Source: Mobula birostris
Taxonomy: Eukaryota
Length of the DNA stretch: 64,000 nucleotides
Assembly (NCBI RefSeq): GCF_030028105.1
Contig: NC_092379.1
Span: 19,569,309 to 19,633,308 of the forward strand
Direction of reading: 5' to 3'
The position numbers and the translations under genes are program-made. The notes below the pieces were generated by a model that saw nothing but the letters and a program-made list of their open reading frames with translations, searched no databases and had not been told where the DNA came from. Positions 35,201 to 48,665 of the stretch are shown piece by piece (position 1 is the stretch's first letter; each line of letters opens with the position of its first letter).

Positions 35201-38200
35201 GCCAGGGAGATGGGAACTAGAGTGACAGGGCCGAGGATGGGGTAGTTGGTGTCCAACTAGATCCCGTGTGTGATGAGACTGTGAGGAAGGACAGGCAGAT
35301 AGCAGGGCAAAATTGCATTCAGAATCAGGTTTATTATCACCAGCGGGTGTCGTGACATTGGTTAATTTAACAGCAGCAATTCAATGCAATACGTGATAAT
35401 ACAGAAAAAAATAAGCAGATCAATCAAAGTAAATATATATATAAAATAGTGCAAAACAAAAATGCTATTAAAATAGTGAGGTATTGTTCATGAGTTCAAT
35501 ACCAATTTTAAAATCGGTTGTCAGAGGAGAAGAAGCTGATCCTGAATCACTGAGTGTGTGCCTTCTGACTTCTGTACCTCCTTCCCAACGGTAACAGTGA
35601 GAAGTGAGATGGGTTAAAGTGAAACGGGGCAAAATCGAAAAGGGTGATGAATACAGGAGTGAAGGTGTTATATTTGAATGCACTCACAGTTTACAGAATA
35701 AAGGCTGATGGTCTTGTAGGACAATTAGAGATTGGCAGATACACTGTTGTGGGCATCGCTGAGTCATGGCTGGAAGGTGATAATAGTTGGGAGCTTAGCA
35801 TCCAAGGATACACATGGTATTGAAAGGACAGGCAGGTAGGCAGAGGGTTGGAGTGGCTTTGTCGGTAAAAAAATGAAATCAAATCCCTAGAAAGAGGTCA
35901 TGTGGGACTGGAAGATAAGACCATAAGACACAGGAGCATAATTAGGCTATTTAGCCCATTGACTCTTCTCTGCCATTTCATCATGGCTGATTTATTTTCC
36001 ATCTCAGCCCCAATCTCCTGCCTTCTCTTCATATCCCTTCATGCCCTAATGAATCAAGAATTTATCAAACTCTTCCTTAAGTATACCCAAGGACTTACAC
36101 ATACACTCCAGGATATGGGCATGGGGAGCCTCCACAGGACCTGGCCCCAAGTCATCACCTGTTCCTGGATCATTTCCCCAGTATCTGATTCAGTGCCATG
36201 CCCCCTCACGACCTGCTCTGCACTCCAGGTTATGGGCACAGGGAATCTCCTCCAATACGTGATCTTGGGTACAGTCTCTAAAATCTGCTCCATATATATT
36301 TTCCCAAATGTCTGAACGTGGTGCATTTCTGAGATGTGGGGTTGGGAATCTCATTCTCTGATTCTTCCAAATAACTGATTTTAAATTGTTTCCCTAAGAT
36401 CAGTCGTACATTCCCAAGCTCTGTCGTATTCCCTTATGAATGAGGTTGAGAATTAACCACAATTTCTGGTTCTGTGGAGGGGTATTTTTCCCATTGTCTG
36501 GTCTTTCATAGTTTTCCTCAATGGCTATTCCTAGGGTATATTCTTTCAATATCTGGTCCTGTGTCTACCTCCAATGTTCGTCCCTTGGACTTACTCTGCT
36601 CAAATTAGGTGCTGGCTGTTGTATTCTATTCCCTTCTTGGTTTGTATTAATCTAGTACCTGTTTATGTTTTCTACTCCTGGTGTGTTTTCCTCAGTATCT
36701 GTTGTATTTTCCTGCATTGGCATATTTTCTCAAAATGTTCTCATGAAAACTGTAATGGTCGATCTCCAGTTCTGAGTCACCTGTACTTGTACCAACAGCT
36801 CCACACTCTCTGATGGGGGATGCTGCAGGATGCACAGAGTTTCCTTCAGCTAAACACCGAGCAGGCCAAAAGCTTTGGTCCCTGCAGTGAGTTCTGTTCC
36901 AGAGCACTGATGCTGTTGTCCCTTTTCACTGACCTGAGAACAAAAATTCTGGCTGGTGTTGCTGTTCACGGTAGCAGACTCCCCATTAGCACTTATTGTG
37001 GGGTCCTTGTGTTTCAATAATGATTCGTCTCGTAGTGTCACTCAGCCAAGACATTGATGTTCTGTTGGAATTCCTATGGATAAACACTTGTTTCTGTCTC
37101 TGCGTGAGATTCACTCGTTCTTCCGCTCCTGATTCAGTCGTCTGTCAGTGCATACTGTGTCAGTAGGACCCGAACATAAGTGGACCCAGCAGAGGTTCAA
37201 CAGCAGCTTGGACATCGGTCGGTCAGAGACAAGGGTGCCTGCTATTCTCATTGATTGTCCAGAGGCTATGTTCCAAGTTTCTCACTGCAATGTTCTGAGT
37301 TTCTCTAGTGTATGTTCTGAGCTTCTCTGGTCTATGTTCAAGGTCTCCCATGGCCCTTCAGGTTTCCGAGGACTATTCCAGGTTTCTGAGTTTGATTCCA
37401 TATTCCTGAGTTTACCATCCCTGTCTCGGGTTCTCCACAGCTCCCTGGCTGCCTTCGGGATGGAGGTACTGTCATGTCCCCTGTGGGCCTGTGCAACATA
37501 TTTGTTAATTGCGAAGTTCTTGTGCATTCTGTTTAGTCTTGTCAAGTGTATTTTGACTGGCACTGATTTTCCTCATACTGTGATTATTTAAAGCAGACTC
37601 CCAATTACTGGTTATCATGGGATCCTTGTGCTTCAAGAATGATTTATCTCACTGTGTTGCTTAGTCAAATCACTGATGTTCTGTTGGGATTCCTAGGAAT
37701 AAACTCTTATTTCTGTCTTTGCATGGGGTTCAGTCAGTCATCTGCACTGGGTTCAGTCATCTGTCAGCGCACCCTCGTAACTCCTCTGTTAACTTCCTTC
37801 CATAGATATTGGGTTTACTGTGTCCATAGTTCCCAACATTTTATTTGTAGCCCTTCTCAAATAAAGGAACAGATCACAGATCTCCCAGAACGTATCTGAA
37901 ATGTCGACAGAACTGAATTCTTGCTCCTAGTGCAAGGTTTCAGCAATGCATTAATCTACAACGTCCTCCAATTTTTAACCTCACCAGCACATGGCATTGG
38001 GAATAATCCAGAGATTACCACTGTTGGGGTCTTACATTTTAACCTCTTTTCTAACTCCCTATTTTCACTCCACAGCAGCACATCCATTTTTCTGCCAATC
38101 GTCATTTGAGCCAATGTGTGCAACCACTTCTGTCTGCTCACCCTCCCCACTGAGAATGTTCTGCAATCGCTCTGAGACATCCTCATCTGAATAATACTCT

Positions 38201-38659
38201 ATCTGCAATTGCTCAGCCCACCCACCCAGCTGATCAAGATCCCACTGTAATTGTTGCTAACCTTCTTCTCTCCCCACAATACCATCTGTTTTAGTGTCAC
38301 TTGTCATCTAATACTCAGGAATATGGGAAAAATTCCCATCAATGAGAGGACTCCTTCATCCAGGTATCAGCAGTCATTTGGACCAGAATAACATTCAAAG
38401 GAACAATTCTCAGTCCGTCTCCAGGGAAATGCTCCCTAATTCAGTGTTGTGTGAAAACATACTTGGATCAGATTTTGGAGACACATAGTGGGGGAAATAA
38501 CACAGGGTGCAGAGCAGGAAGTGAAGAGCATGGCCCGGATTTGGATATTGGTCCAGTAACCTGGCCTTAGAGGTGGCAGAGACTCCTTCCTTTCTCCTTC
38601 TCTCCCTCTTACTCTACGATCTCCATGTGATGTATTTGCATGGATAAAGAATTGGTTAA

Positions 38660-39720
38660 TTAGTAGAAAACAGAGTCGGGATACGTGGATGTTACTCTGG
38701 TTGGCAATCAGTAGTGAGCGATGTGCCACAGGGGTCGGTGCTGGGCCTGCAACTGTTCACGATATACATTAACGATCTGGAAGAGGGGACAGAGTGTAGT
38801 GTATCTAAGTTTGCTGATGACACTAAATTGAGTGGAAAAGCAAATTGTGCAGAAGTTACAGAGTCTGCAGAGAGATATAGATAGGTTAAGTGAGTGGGCC
38901 AGAGTCTGGCAGATGGAGTACAATGTTGGTAAATGTGAGGTCATCCACTTTGGAAGGAAAAATGAAAGAGCAGATTATTACTTAAGTGGTGAAAATTGCA
39001 TCATGCTGCTGTGCAGAGGGACTTGGAAGTGCTTGTTTGTGAATCACAAAAGGTTGGTTTGCAGGTGCAGCAGGCTATCAAGAAGGCAAATGGATTGTTG
39101 GCCTTCATTGCTAGAGGGATTGAATTTAAGAACAGGGAGGTTATGCTGCAACTATACAGGGCACTGGTGAGGCCGCACCTGGAGTACTGCGTGCAGTTCT
39201 TGTCTCCTTACTTGAGGAAGGATATACTGGCTTTGGAGGTGGTGCAGAGGAGGTTCACCTAGTTAATTCCACTGTTGAGGAGAGATTGAGTCGCCTGGGA
39301 CTGTACTCACTGGAATTCATAAGAATGACAGGAGATGCTATAGAAACATTTAAAATTATGAAAGGGATAGGTAGAGGCAGGAAAGTTGTTTCCACTGGTG
39401 GGTGAGACTAGAACGAGGGGACGTAGCCTCTAGATTCAGGGGAGTAGATTTAGGACGGAGATGAGGAGGAACTGTTTTTCCCAGAGAGTGGTGAATCCGT
39501 GGAATTCTCTGCCCAGTGAAGCAGTGGAGGCTACCTCAGTAAATATACTTAACACAAGGTTGGATAGGTGTTTGCATAGTAGGGGAATTAAGGGTTCTGG
39601 GGAAAAGGCAGGTAGGTGGTGGTGAGTCCATGGCCAGATCAGCCATGATCTTATCAAATGGTGGAGCAGGCTCGATGGGCTGGATGGCCGACTCCTGCTC
39701 CTATTTCTTGTGTTCTTATC
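38660..39720 (+). mobile_element. CR1 LINE RT 3' part
   Basis: gtgccacaggggtcggtgctggg, FADDTK-type motif and ALVRPHLEYCVQF. Confidence 0.92.
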
Positions 39721-39909
39721 TCTCCCTCCTTGACCTTCCTCGCTTCTCTCTTTCTCTCTATCTGTCCACCCCCCTCTCTTTCTGCCTTCTCTAAGCTCAT
39801 TTCAGACCTTCAAATCTCCAATTTGCTCCCTTATTTCTCTCTCCTACCCCACAGAACATGGGGTCAGAAGCTGGCTCTGACAAGCTGCCTGCACTTTGTA
39901 CAATCAGAC

Positions 39910-40060
39910 NNNNNNNNNNNNNNNNNNNNNNNNNNNNNNNNNNNNNNNNNNNNNNNNNNNNNNNNNNNNNNNNNNNNNNNNNNNNNNNNNNNNNNNNNNN
40001 NNNNNNNNNNNNNNNNNNNNNNNNNNNNNNNNNNNNNNNNNNNNNNNNNNNNNNNNNNNN
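39910..40060. other. Assembly gap (151 N)
   Basis: Run of n characters. Confidence 1.
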
Positions 40061-41268
40061 AGAAAATAAAAAGAATATTGTGAGCAGTGAAGAGTATAAA
40101 ATATACCGGAGGACTGGCAGCACGTGCTCACTGAGGGAAAGAAGGAGGGAGCAAGCCAGTGTCGAGAGCTGACATTCCCAGAGGGGAGCAGAGGCCAGTG
40201 GCAGGGTAAGGTCCTCAGTTGTTGCACATCCTTGATTTGTAGTTGGCTGAAATGCAAGAGTGAGAGTTAGTTTGGCTGCTGAGCAACAGGTATTGTTTAT
40301 TGGCACAAAGGAAGTTGCCATGGTGGGGTGGAGGGAGGGGGAGTGGGGTGGGGGGGGCGGAGAGGAGAGGGGGAGAAGCTGCATTGACAAACTGGAAAGA
40401 AGGAATAAAGCTACTGAAGGAGGAATGGTGTTAAAATGTCAAGGGCAGAGGAATCAAATGAAAGTTGTGTGTACAAGCTGGGGAAAGAGGTTTCACGAGG
40501 GGGTAGATTGAATGAATGTGTTGGAGAATGGCAGAGTGTGTGAGTGAGATGGGTACTGTGGCTGGAAATAAACACTGGACTGTCATTGTTGATCTCTCTG
40601 TAATATGAAGCAGTACGGGCACATACAGACACAGTTTATGTTACTGAGAGTTTAATTGAGAAGCTGGGTTCGTGACATAGATACGTGAGTTCAGATCACA
40701 TCACGGCAGCAGGGATATGTAACTGAAGTCCTGTGTCAGTGACCGTGACTGAGAGAAATGGATTGGTGTCTAAATGCATGACTGACGTGTTTCAGGGAAG
40801 GGAATCTGCTGACTTTACCTGGTCTGGCCTGTATATATCTCCAGGCCCTCAGTAAAGTAACTGACCTTTAACTGCACTGTGAAATGGCCCAGTAAACCAC
40901 CCAGTTCAAGAGCAGTTGGGATGGTAAAGAAATGTTGTTCTACTCACATCCTGCGAATGAATAACTAAAAGTTATCCACAGTTATGTTGTATCATGACTG
41001 ATCTATCATTGTTTTGTTTTTAGATCTATCTACATGATTGGGATTGATTTTTAATTACTTCGCAATGTAATTAATTCATTATTAAGAATATTTGCCCTCC
41101 CCTTGGACAACATTGGTGTCGTGGAGAGGGGGGACTTGCAGCATGGGCAACTGCTGGTCTTCCATACAACCTTGCCCAGGCCTGCACCCTGGAGAATGAA
41201 GACTTTCCAGGCGCAGGTCCATGATCTCGCAAGACTAACGGATGCCTTTACTTTAATAATATTTAGAA

Positions 41269-41931
41269 GGGGGAGGAGAAGATGGCAGCGCGACGCAGCG
41301 CGCGCGGCCGCTACAGAATGATATCTGTATTTGTTAAGTAGGGTACCATGCACAATTCTGATTTGATGGAGGCAGACGTGAGCAGCATGGAGGAACATCT
41401 GGAGAAACTTCTGAAATGCCTGCTTCGCTGCCGCTGCTACTGTGCGATTGAGAATCTCCGGAGGGGAAGGCCCCAAATCCTCGGCTTTGCCTGTTGCTTG
41501 GCGGCCGGGGCCGGGGTCGAAGCACTCGGCAGAGATGGTGCTTGGTGCTCGGTGTTGGAGGCTTGAAGTTTTCGGACGGACCCAAGAGTCGGCTATGGTC
41601 AGGTGCCTCCAGGGTGCTGCATCGGCAAGTTTGCGGCGCTGGAGGTTCATGGCAGGGAGAGTTTTTCTTCCTTCTACCGTCTGCGTGAGATGATGGGACC
41701 TTTGAGAGACTTTGAGACTTTTTTTTACCATGCCCATAGTCTGTTCTTTATCAAATTGCGGTATTGCCTTGCACTGTTGTAACTATATGTTATAATTATG
41801 TGGTTTCTGTCAGTTTTTCAGTCTTGGTCTGTCTTGTGTTTCTGTGATATCATACTGGAGGAACATTGTATCATTTCTTAATGCATGCATTACTAAATGA
41901 TAATAAAAGAGGACTGCGTGTCCTCATAATC
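41269..41931 (+). mobile_element. Second copy of the ~630-bp non-autonomous retroelement
   Basis: Colinear with 24559-25189. Confidence 0.75.
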
Positions 41932-42544
41932 ATATTTCATGCCTGATTACTCTTTATTATTTTAGATTGTTATATCATGATAATGTAGTGAATTGTTTCC
42001 ATGGAAATTCCATGGATAAGTTGTTTCTTTTTATAAAACTGTGTGTGGTAGAATTCCCTCAGAGACGGCACTGGGAATGACTCTGCCAAAATTCTATTGG
42101 TCAGACTTGCCATTACATGTGACAGGTAATCTCCATAGAATCTGGTCACAGTTATCACCGGTTCCTGCAATTACATTCCCCAGTACCTGAGTCAGTGCCA
42201 TGTCCCTCACAACCTGCTCTACATTCCAGATTATGGGTGCAGGAGTTTCTTCCACTACGTGATTTTGGTTCCAGTCTCCAAGCACAGTTCCATATATATT
42301 TTCCAAATTGACTGAAGGTGGAGCATTCCCTGAGAATCTAATCCTCAAATCCTTACAAATAAGAGAATTTCTTGTATAAATTGTTTCTCATACATGGGAA
42401 TCACAACCTTCCCGAAGATCAATTGTGCATTCCCAAGCTCTGTTGTATTCCCTCAGGAACAATGTTGAGAATTAATCACAATTTCTGGTCCTGAGAAGGG
42501 GTATTGTCTGGTCTTTCATAGTTTTCCCCAATGTCTCTTTCCAT

Positions 42545-43215
42545 ATAACCATATAACAATTACAGCACGGAAACAGTCTATCTCGGCCCTTCTAGTCCAT
42601 GCGGAACTCTTACTCTCACCTAGTCCCACTGACCTGCACTCAGTCCATAACCCTCCATTCCTTTCCTGTCCATATAGCTGTCCAATTTAACTTTAAACGA
42701 CGACTTCGTACCTGCCTCAACCACTTCTGCTGGAAGCTCATTCCACACAGCTACCACTCTCTGAGTAGAGAAGTTCCCCCTCATGTTATCCCTAAACTTT
42801 TGTCCTTTAACTCTCAACTCATGTCCTCTTGTTTGAATCTTCCCCTCTCTCAATGGAAAAAGCCTATCCACGTCAACTCTATCAATCCCCCTCATAATTT
42901 TAAACACTTCTATCAAGTCCCCCCTCAACCTTCTACGCTCCAAAGAATAAACCTAACTTGTTCAACCTTTCTCTGTAACTTAGGAGATGAAACCCAGGCA
43001 ACGTTTTAGTAAACCTCCTCTGTACTCTCTCAATTTTATTGACATCTTTCCTATAATTTGGTGACCAGAACTGTACACAATACTCCAAATTTGGCCTTAC
43101 CAATGCCTTATACAATTTCAACATTACATCCCAACTCCTATCCTCAATGCTCTGATTAATAAAGGCCAGCAAACCGAAAGCTTTCTTCACCACCCTATCC
43201 ACAGGAGATTCCATT
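42545..43215 (-). mobile_element. CR1 LINE 3' fragment
   Basis: ALVRPNLEYCVQFWSP and ERRRLRGDLIEVFKIM. Confidence 0.92.
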
Positions 43216-43389
43216 GTAATGGAATTGCACATCAAGCATTTTTATGATTTATAATGGACATAAATAATCATCACAAACATCAGTAACAACTGCTTACAAG
43301 TGGCTTAAGTTCCAATAGCCAGAACTCAGCTTTCACAGGTGCTGAACTCAATCAAATTAATATATTAAAGGACCACTTCTGATGGCTTC

Positions 43390-43730
43390 ATTCAGTGGCC
43401 ACTTTATTAGGTACACTTGCTCTTTTCTGTAAATATCAAATCAGCCAATCATGTGGCATCAACTCAATGCATAAAAGCATTCAGACATGTTTGTTGTTCA
43501 GACCAAACATCAGAATGATGAAGAAGTGTGATCCAAGTGAGTTTGACTGTAGAAAGGTTATTGAGGCCAGATGGGGTGGTTTGAATATCTCAGAAACTGC
43601 TGGCCTACTGGGATTTTCACACACAACAGTCTCTAGAGTTCATGGAGAATGGAGCAAAAAACAAAAAAAAAATCAATGGACGTCAGTTTTGTGGGTGAAA
43701 ATGCCCTGTTAACGAGAGAGGTCAGAGGCT
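43390..43730 (+). mobile_element. Tc1/mariner transposon 5' fragment
   Basis: cagtggccactttattaggtacac terminus and HTH-like DPSEFDCRKVIEARWGGLNISETAGLLGFSHTTVSRVHGEW. Confidence 0.85.
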
Positions 43731-45479
43731 GATGGCCAATATATACCCATTTCAGGGGTATATTCCTTCAATATCTGGTCCTGTGTGCATTCTTCCAATG
43801 TCTGTCCCTTGGAGTTACTCTGCTCAAATCAGGTGCTGTTGTCCATCAATGTATTCTATTCAATTCTTGATTTGCATTAATCTAGTACCTGTTTATGTTT
43901 TCTACTCCTGGTGTGTTTTACCCCAGTATCTGGCATGTTTTCCTGCACTGGTATATTTTCTTAAAAATGCTTTCTCTTGCTGACATCACATTAAAACATG
44001 TACATGGTCGATAGCCAGTTCTGAGTCACCTGTACTTGTACCAACAGCTCCACACTCTCTGATGGGGGATGCTGCAGGATGCACAAAGTTTCCTTCAGCT
44101 AAACACCGAGCAGGCCAAAAGCTTTGGTCCCCACAGTGAGTTCTGTTCCAGGGCACTGATGCTGTTCAGTCGATTTTCAGTGACCTGAGAACAAAAATTC
44201 AGACTGACTTGGCTGTTCACTGTAGTACAGAGGGACAGAGGTGCTGCCTTTCAGCTGAGACATTGAAGGGAGGTTGTGTGTGCAATGGTGAAGCTCCTGT
44301 ACCCACGGTTTTATAGGACATGGAGTGTGGAGATTAGGATAATGTGTTGAAATATGGATTGAGACACTCATTATGAAACATTCCATCAATATCTGGCTCT
44401 GGGATGTATAACAAGGTTCTGAGAAACTCCCCCAGTGAGCCTCTGTGCTTTCCTGAATATCTTTCTCGGGGTGCAGCACCCCAGTGTTCCCACTGTGAGA
44501 AATCCTTTATGAACATGAGCAGTACGTGTGGGGCTACACTCATATAGTACTGGCTGGGAATCACTCCGATATTTGTCCCGGGATGCATTACCCACTGGTA
44601 TGTGGAGGCAGATGGAATCTCTGCAGTGATGAGGGAACTAAGATGGGCTGAATGGCTTCCCTCAGTTTTATCAACTCCAGTCACTTCATGTTCTCCTTTT
44701 CTTTGTTTTTAATGAATAAAATTTCAAATCATGACATGACATAAACTCCAGCAGAAAACTGGAAGAAAAGTTATAGGCAATGATTTCCACAACATCTGAT
44801 TTACAAAATTTGACAGAGCAAGATCCCAAACCCACTTTCCACCACATCCCCCTCCCCACGTCACCTTCTTGCTCCATAACAATAATAACCACTTCCTCAC
44901 CTCCCCACTCTCCATCACAAACTACACCTCCATCCCCTGCTCCCCATTCCCAAGCCTTAATCCTGCCTTCCTCTCCCCTCCTGTATACCCCCTCCAGTGT
45001 CACATATCCTGCCATTTTCCCAATGTATCATCCACTGCTGTCCCTCTGCCCACTGAACCGGCTCTGTGCCCCCATTTCCCATCTGGCATCCCCGGTACAT
45101 TTAGAGGTTTATTTCCTGAAATGAGCAGTTGCAGTGCAGTAGCCTCGGATTGCCGAGTGAGTGAGATGGAGACTCCATTTCCAAACATTGCAGCCACAGG
45201 GGGATTTCTTCATTGAACGTGGGGCGTGTGTCTGCTGGTCACTGCTGAGCCTGAAATATAGACGGGAGAGTATGATATAGTACGTGACAAGGTGCAGCAC
45301 AGGGGTTAACCTGTGAGAACAGGTGAACTAAATAACAGACGGTCTGTCCTCATTTGAGGAGATGGAGCCCCATGAAGAGGTGTCTGTCAGTATTCCCCGA
45401 GGTCACCCCAAAACACGAATCTGAGTATCAGTTCAGACCTTTAGTGTGATCCATAGTTGGGCTAAAGTTTTATGTCCTG

Positions 45480-47410
45480 AGTAAGACCATAAGATAAGAT
45501 ATAGGAGCAGAACCCCCCCCATCTTTAACTATCGACTGCAACATCTTCCCAACCACCGAGGTCAGGCTAACTGGGCTAGAATTTCCTTTTGTCTGCCTCT
45601 CTCCCTTCTTGAAGAATGGCGTGACAATTACAATTTTCCAGTCCTTCAGAACTGTACCAGAATCTAGTGATTCTTGAAAGATCATTACTAACGCCTTCAT
45701 AATCTCTTCAGCCACCTCTTTCAGAATCCTGGAGTGTAGACCATCTGATCCAGGTGACTTATCTACCTTCAGACCTTTCAGTTTCCAAAGCACCTTTTCC
45801 CTGGTAATAACATCTTCACTCACTTCTTCCCCCTGACACTCTTGAACTTCCGTCATACTGCCAGTGCCTTCCCCAGTGTAGTCTGATGCAAAGTGCTTAT
45901 TCATTTCCTTGTCCCTTATTACTACCTCTCCAGCATCATTTTCCAGCACTCCAAAATCTCCTCTCACCTCTCTTTTACACTTTATGTATCTGAAGAAACT
46001 TTTGGTATCCTCTTTAATATTATTGGCTATCTTACCTTTGTATTCCTTCTTTTTCTTTCTGACTTTATTTAGTTGTCTTCTGTTGTTTTTTAAAAGCTTC
46101 CCAATCCTCTAACTTCCCACTAATTTTTGCTCTATTATATGCCCGTTGTTTGGATTTTATGTTGGCTTTGACTTCTCTTGTCAGCCACGGTGTCTCATCC
46201 TGCATTTTGAATACTTCTTCTTCTTTGGGATGTGCCTTCTGAATTACTCCCAGAAACTCCAGCCATTGCTGCTCTGCTGTTATCCCTGTCAGTGTCCCCT
46301 TCCAATCAATTTTGGGCAGTTCCTCTCTCATGCCTCTGCATTTCCCTTTATTCCACTGTAATACTGATACATCTGACTCTAGCTTCTCCTTCTCCATTTG
46401 CAGAGTGAGTTATATCATATTATGATCACTGGACCCTAAGGGTTCCTTTAGCTTAAGCTCCGTAATCAATTCCAGTTCATTGCACAACACCCAATCCAGA
46501 ATAGCTAATCCCCTGATGTGCTCGACCATGACCTGCTTTAAAAAGCCATCTTGTAGGCATTGTACGAATTTCCACTCTTGAGATCCAGCACCAACTTGAT
46601 ATTCCCAATCTACCTGCATATTGAGATTCTCCCATGACTATTGTAACATTGCCCTTTTGACATGCATTTTCTATCTCCTGTTGTAATTAGTAGACCAAGT
46701 ATTTGCCACTGTTCATTATAGGGTCTTTTTACCCTTGCAATTCCTTAATTCTACCCACAATGATTCTACACCTTCCGATCCTATGTCATCTCTTTCTATT
46801 GATTTGATTTCATTTTTTACCAACAGAGCTAATCCACCCCCTCTACCTACCTGCCTGTCCTTTTGATGCAATGGGCATCCTTGGACATTAAGCTCCCAGC
46901 TGTAATCTTCTTTCAGCCGTGATTCAGTGATGCCACAACATCATGCATTCCAATCTGTAGCTGTGCCACAAGTCCATCCACATTATTCCATATACTGTGT
47001 GCATTGAAATGTTACACCTTCACTTTTGTATTCATCACCCTCTCCTATTTTGTCCTCCTTTTACATTGCAACTCATCCTGTTGACTGCATTTTAGTCCAA
47101 TCATCAGTCTCTGCTTGCTAGCAACCTCGCTACATACTGCCTTTGTTAGTAAACCAATGACTAGATCCTCTGCCCTATCACTCCATTTCCTATCCCCCGT
47201 CAAATTAGTTTAAATGCACTCGAACGGCTCTAGCAAACCTGCCCACTTGATATTTGTCCCCCTAAGGTTCAGGTGTTATCTGTCCCTTTTATACAGGTCA
47301 CACCTTCCCCAGAGGTGATCACAGTGATTCAGAAATCTGCCCCCTGCCCCCTACACCAGTTCCTCAGCCACACATTCATCTGCCAAATCATCCTCTTCTG
47401 ACCCTTACCC
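45480..47410 (-). mobile_element. CR1 LINE ORF2 fragment (endonuclease/linker)
   Basis: AILDWVLCNE...PLGSSDHNMI and KSPGSDGLHSRILKEVAEEI. Confidence 0.9.
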
Positions 47411-47687
47411 TGCTGTTCTCTCAATACAACTCTTGCTTGATTTCCTTGTTTAAGTTCACAATTGTTGCTCTAAATACCCTTTCACATTCTGCCACCTTCT
47501 GCTTATCAAGGCCCAGAGGCTCGGAGTAAAGAGGAAAGGTGTAAAGTCCCAGGGGTTGTGAAGGCCTCAGACTGCGTTGTCTGTTGACTGTGCTGTCGTT
47601 GGGATTGCAGTGTCAGAGAATGCAATGTGAGATAAGGAAGCTGAAAGTTTGTGTTTCATGGGAGGCCTCTGTTAGTCAATTAGTTAC

Positions 47688-47830
47688 CTTGACAACGGTG
47701 ACGAAGGTGCTGTAGAGGAAACTGATGATAAACAGAACGGCAAAGGCAGCAACTGTAAGCACATTGTCATTTCCATCCACGTGTCCCTGTTCTTCCTTCC
47801 CCTCCTCTCCTGTCAAGTCTGTGCAGGTTT
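47688..47830 (-). CDS. IGHW: IgW transmembrane exon (ETCTDLTGEEGKEEQGHVDGNDNVLTVAAFAVLFIISFLYSTFVTVVK)
   Basis: Missed by the ORF track. attctttcag|AA...GTCAAG|gtaact, phase-1 entry. Acidic spacer followed by a hydrophobic span with the antigen-receptor LF..S..YST.VT pattern and terminal VK. Confidence 0.9.
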
Positions 47831-48665
47831 CTGAAAGAATTGAGAAAGTGAGATAGTTGATGTTTCCTGAAGATCAACAACATCTTAATCACATGAAGAC
47901 AACAGGAAGACAGGAAAACAGGAGGCCTGAGTCAGTTCCACCATTCAATGACATTGTAGTTGATCTTTGACCAACTGCATTGACCTGACTTTTGCCCAGA
48001 TCCATTAATCCCAGTGATTATCCAAGCCACTAAATCTCATGTTTAAAATGACCTTCAGACCTGACACTGTGGAAGACTGTACTGAACTTCCATGAACCTC
48101 TTCAAGTTGAATGTCTGTTTTTCTTTGCATTTCCGGCACTGTTTTTTTCTCTTCCTTGTCTTGCATGATTTATGTAAAATTAGGATGTAGCGCGTTGTCT
48201 GAAGCTACATGCCTGTGATGCTGCAAGCAAGTTTCTGATTTTACCTGCCCCTCAAGGTACTTGTGCACATGACAATAAACTCGACTTAACTTGTTTCCTT
48301 ACAGCATGTCATTTGTAACTTGGGAGCCCCTAGACAGAACTCAATGAACTAGTTTTTCCTCATCGACTATGTTCACTCCGCCGAAAATATTGACCAGATC
48401 TTCCATTAGTGTTCTTCATTACAGATGCTACACTCTCATTTAACATTATCCCAACTTGTAATTTGCACTGGGGAGTGCATGTTTGTTCATCACTCTCTTC
48501 AAGACAGTTTGTCCTTTCCTGGATGTGGTCCCAAAACCTTGAATTGGTTCTTGCCTATTCATTTCATCGATTATTATCTCTGCAGTTAAAACACTACAGA
48601 TTGCTGATAGATTTGTCAGCCTTGTGTGAGTGGCAAAGTTGTCACGTGGGTATCTGCCCAATATC

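Noticed and set aside
39658-40390. ORFs spanning the N-run
   Set aside because: Artefacts of the assembly gap.
44095-44184. Acceptor at 44184 (and 36933) as a long cytoplasmic TM2 exon
   Set aside because: The two copies give different peptides in phase 0 and both stop early; nothing links them to the TM exon.
44177-45216. Several 70-116-aa ORFs downstream of the TM exon
   Set aside because: No recognisable domain or exon boundaries; lengths are within chance expectation.
47540-47640. TM2 exon starting at 47640
   Set aside because: It would need a 47-nt intron, which is very short for a vertebrate.
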